Shown piece after piece: positions 63,450 to 64,000 of a DNA stretch of 64,000 nucleotides (position 1 is its first letter; every line of letters starts with the position of its first letter). Source of the DNA: an uncultured Chloroflexia bacterium (lineage in GTDB: Bacteria; Chloroflexota; Limnocylindria; Limnocylindrales; CSP1-4). Where the stretch lies: assembly GCA_963827965.1 (NCBI GenBank), contig CAWHCW010000018.1, positions 188,198 through 252,197 on the forward strand, given 5' to 3'. The translations under genes and the position numbers were made by a program. The notes under the pieces are model-generated. The model saw only the letters and a list, made by a program, of their open reading frames with translations. It did no database searches and was not told where the DNA came from.

Positions 63450-64000
63450 GACTGGCCGTCCGCCCGGCGGCCGCGGCGATCCGCCGGGATGGGGCCGAGC
63501 GCTCCCAGGAGGGCGATCCACTCCGCCACCCGGAGCGTCTGCGGCCGCCGGTCGCTGGCGATGCCCACCTCCGCCAGCGCCGCGGCGATCGTCGCCGGCT
63601 CGATCGGCAGCTGGCGGGGCAGGACGTTGTGGAGCATCTTGCGTCGCTCGCGGAAGCCGGCCTGGACCAGGCGCCAGAGGCTCGTCCTCCATCGCGGCAG
63701 GCAGCCGTCCGGGACCGTCGGGGGCGCGGACGTCGAGGGCCAGGATCGCCGACTCGACCTCCGGCGCCGGCTCGAACGCCTCGCGCGGGACCCGCCGCAC
63801 GATGGACGCGGCGGCGTGGTACTGGACGAAGACCGAGAGGTAGCTCATCGACCCGGGCGGCGCCGCGATTCGCTCCGCGACCTCGCGCTGGACCATGAGG
63901 ACGCAGCGCTCCGGGCGCGGGCCGGCCTCGCCGCCGAGGAGACGGTGGAGGACCGGGCTGGTGACGTGGTACGGGAGGTTGGCCACGACGTCGTAGGGGG
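63446..64000 (-). CDS. rsmA: 16S rRNA (adenine1518/1519-N6)-dimethyltransferase; 5' end outside the window; frame break near 63690
   Basis: VANLPYHVTSPVL, MVQREVAERI, FEPAPEVESA and FRERRKML. Confidence 0.85.

Noticed and set aside
1-64000. Genuine genome decay (mass pseudogenisation) as the explanation for the frame breaks.
   Set aside because: Essential single-copy functions (glyQS, glmU, ispE, rsmA) are among the most affected. Protein sequence on both sides of each break remains well conserved, and I saw no in-frame nonsense codons or large deletions. Indel-type assembly errors fit better, but I cannot prove this without reads.
1-64000. CRISPR arrays, tRNA/rRNA genes, and known defence, toxin-antitoxin or retroelement genes.
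   Set aside because: No regularly spaced direct repeats and no tRNA-like or rRNA-like segments in the intergenic regions. No Cas, reverse transcriptase, restriction, Abi or TA-like translations were seen in any frame.

Overview
High-GC (about 70% or more by eye) chromosomal segment with an Actinomycetota-like gene set: F420/LLM and PPOX enzymes, PAC2, ksgA-ispE, glmU, recO and many leaderless-looking starts. I call about 55 protein genes. I saw no rRNA, tRNA, CRISPR array, transposase, integrase or phage genes.

Layout:
- 1-10.6 kb: mmsA, an F420-type oxidoreductase, cupin plus split transketolase, GntR and DeoR regulators, and a 2-oxoacid dehydrogenase with fused E1 alpha-beta plus E2.
- 10.7-14.6 kb: a LacI-controlled trio of GDP-mannose-3,5-epimerase-like enzyme, fucokinase-like GHMP kinase and duplicated HIGH-motif nucleotidyltransferase.
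- 14.7-21.8 kb: a visibly lower-GC block with DeoR, a CUT2-type sugar ABC transporter and an unknown 430-aa protein.
- 21.9-33.7 kb: an extended L-rhamnose-type catabolic operon (rhaB, rhaI, rhaD, PHP-like unknown, RhaEW-like aldolase/SDR, two MDR dehydrogenases, tal, tyrosine phosphatase).
- 33.8-64 kb: housekeeping and miscellaneous genes (NUDIX, flavodoxin, DEAD-box helicase, Gfo/Idh/MocA, PAC2, two GT4 genes, MFS, deacetylase, ppdK, FNR plus fused NfnAB-like, glyQS, recO, polyprenyl synthase, CNNM, glmU, ridA, ispE, rsmA).

Main caveat: homology-supported reading frames are broken about 60-70 times by 1-nt indels. The breaks are strongly clustered and hit essential genes, so most are probably assembly or sequencing errors. 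Gene ends near breaks are approximate.

The most interesting candidate for an undescribed system is the kinase + nucleotidyltransferase + epimerase module at 11.8-14.6 kb. Several uncharacterised enzymes embedded in the deoxyhexose uptake and catabolism operons are also worth a look. All functional calls come from reading the translations; no database search was run.
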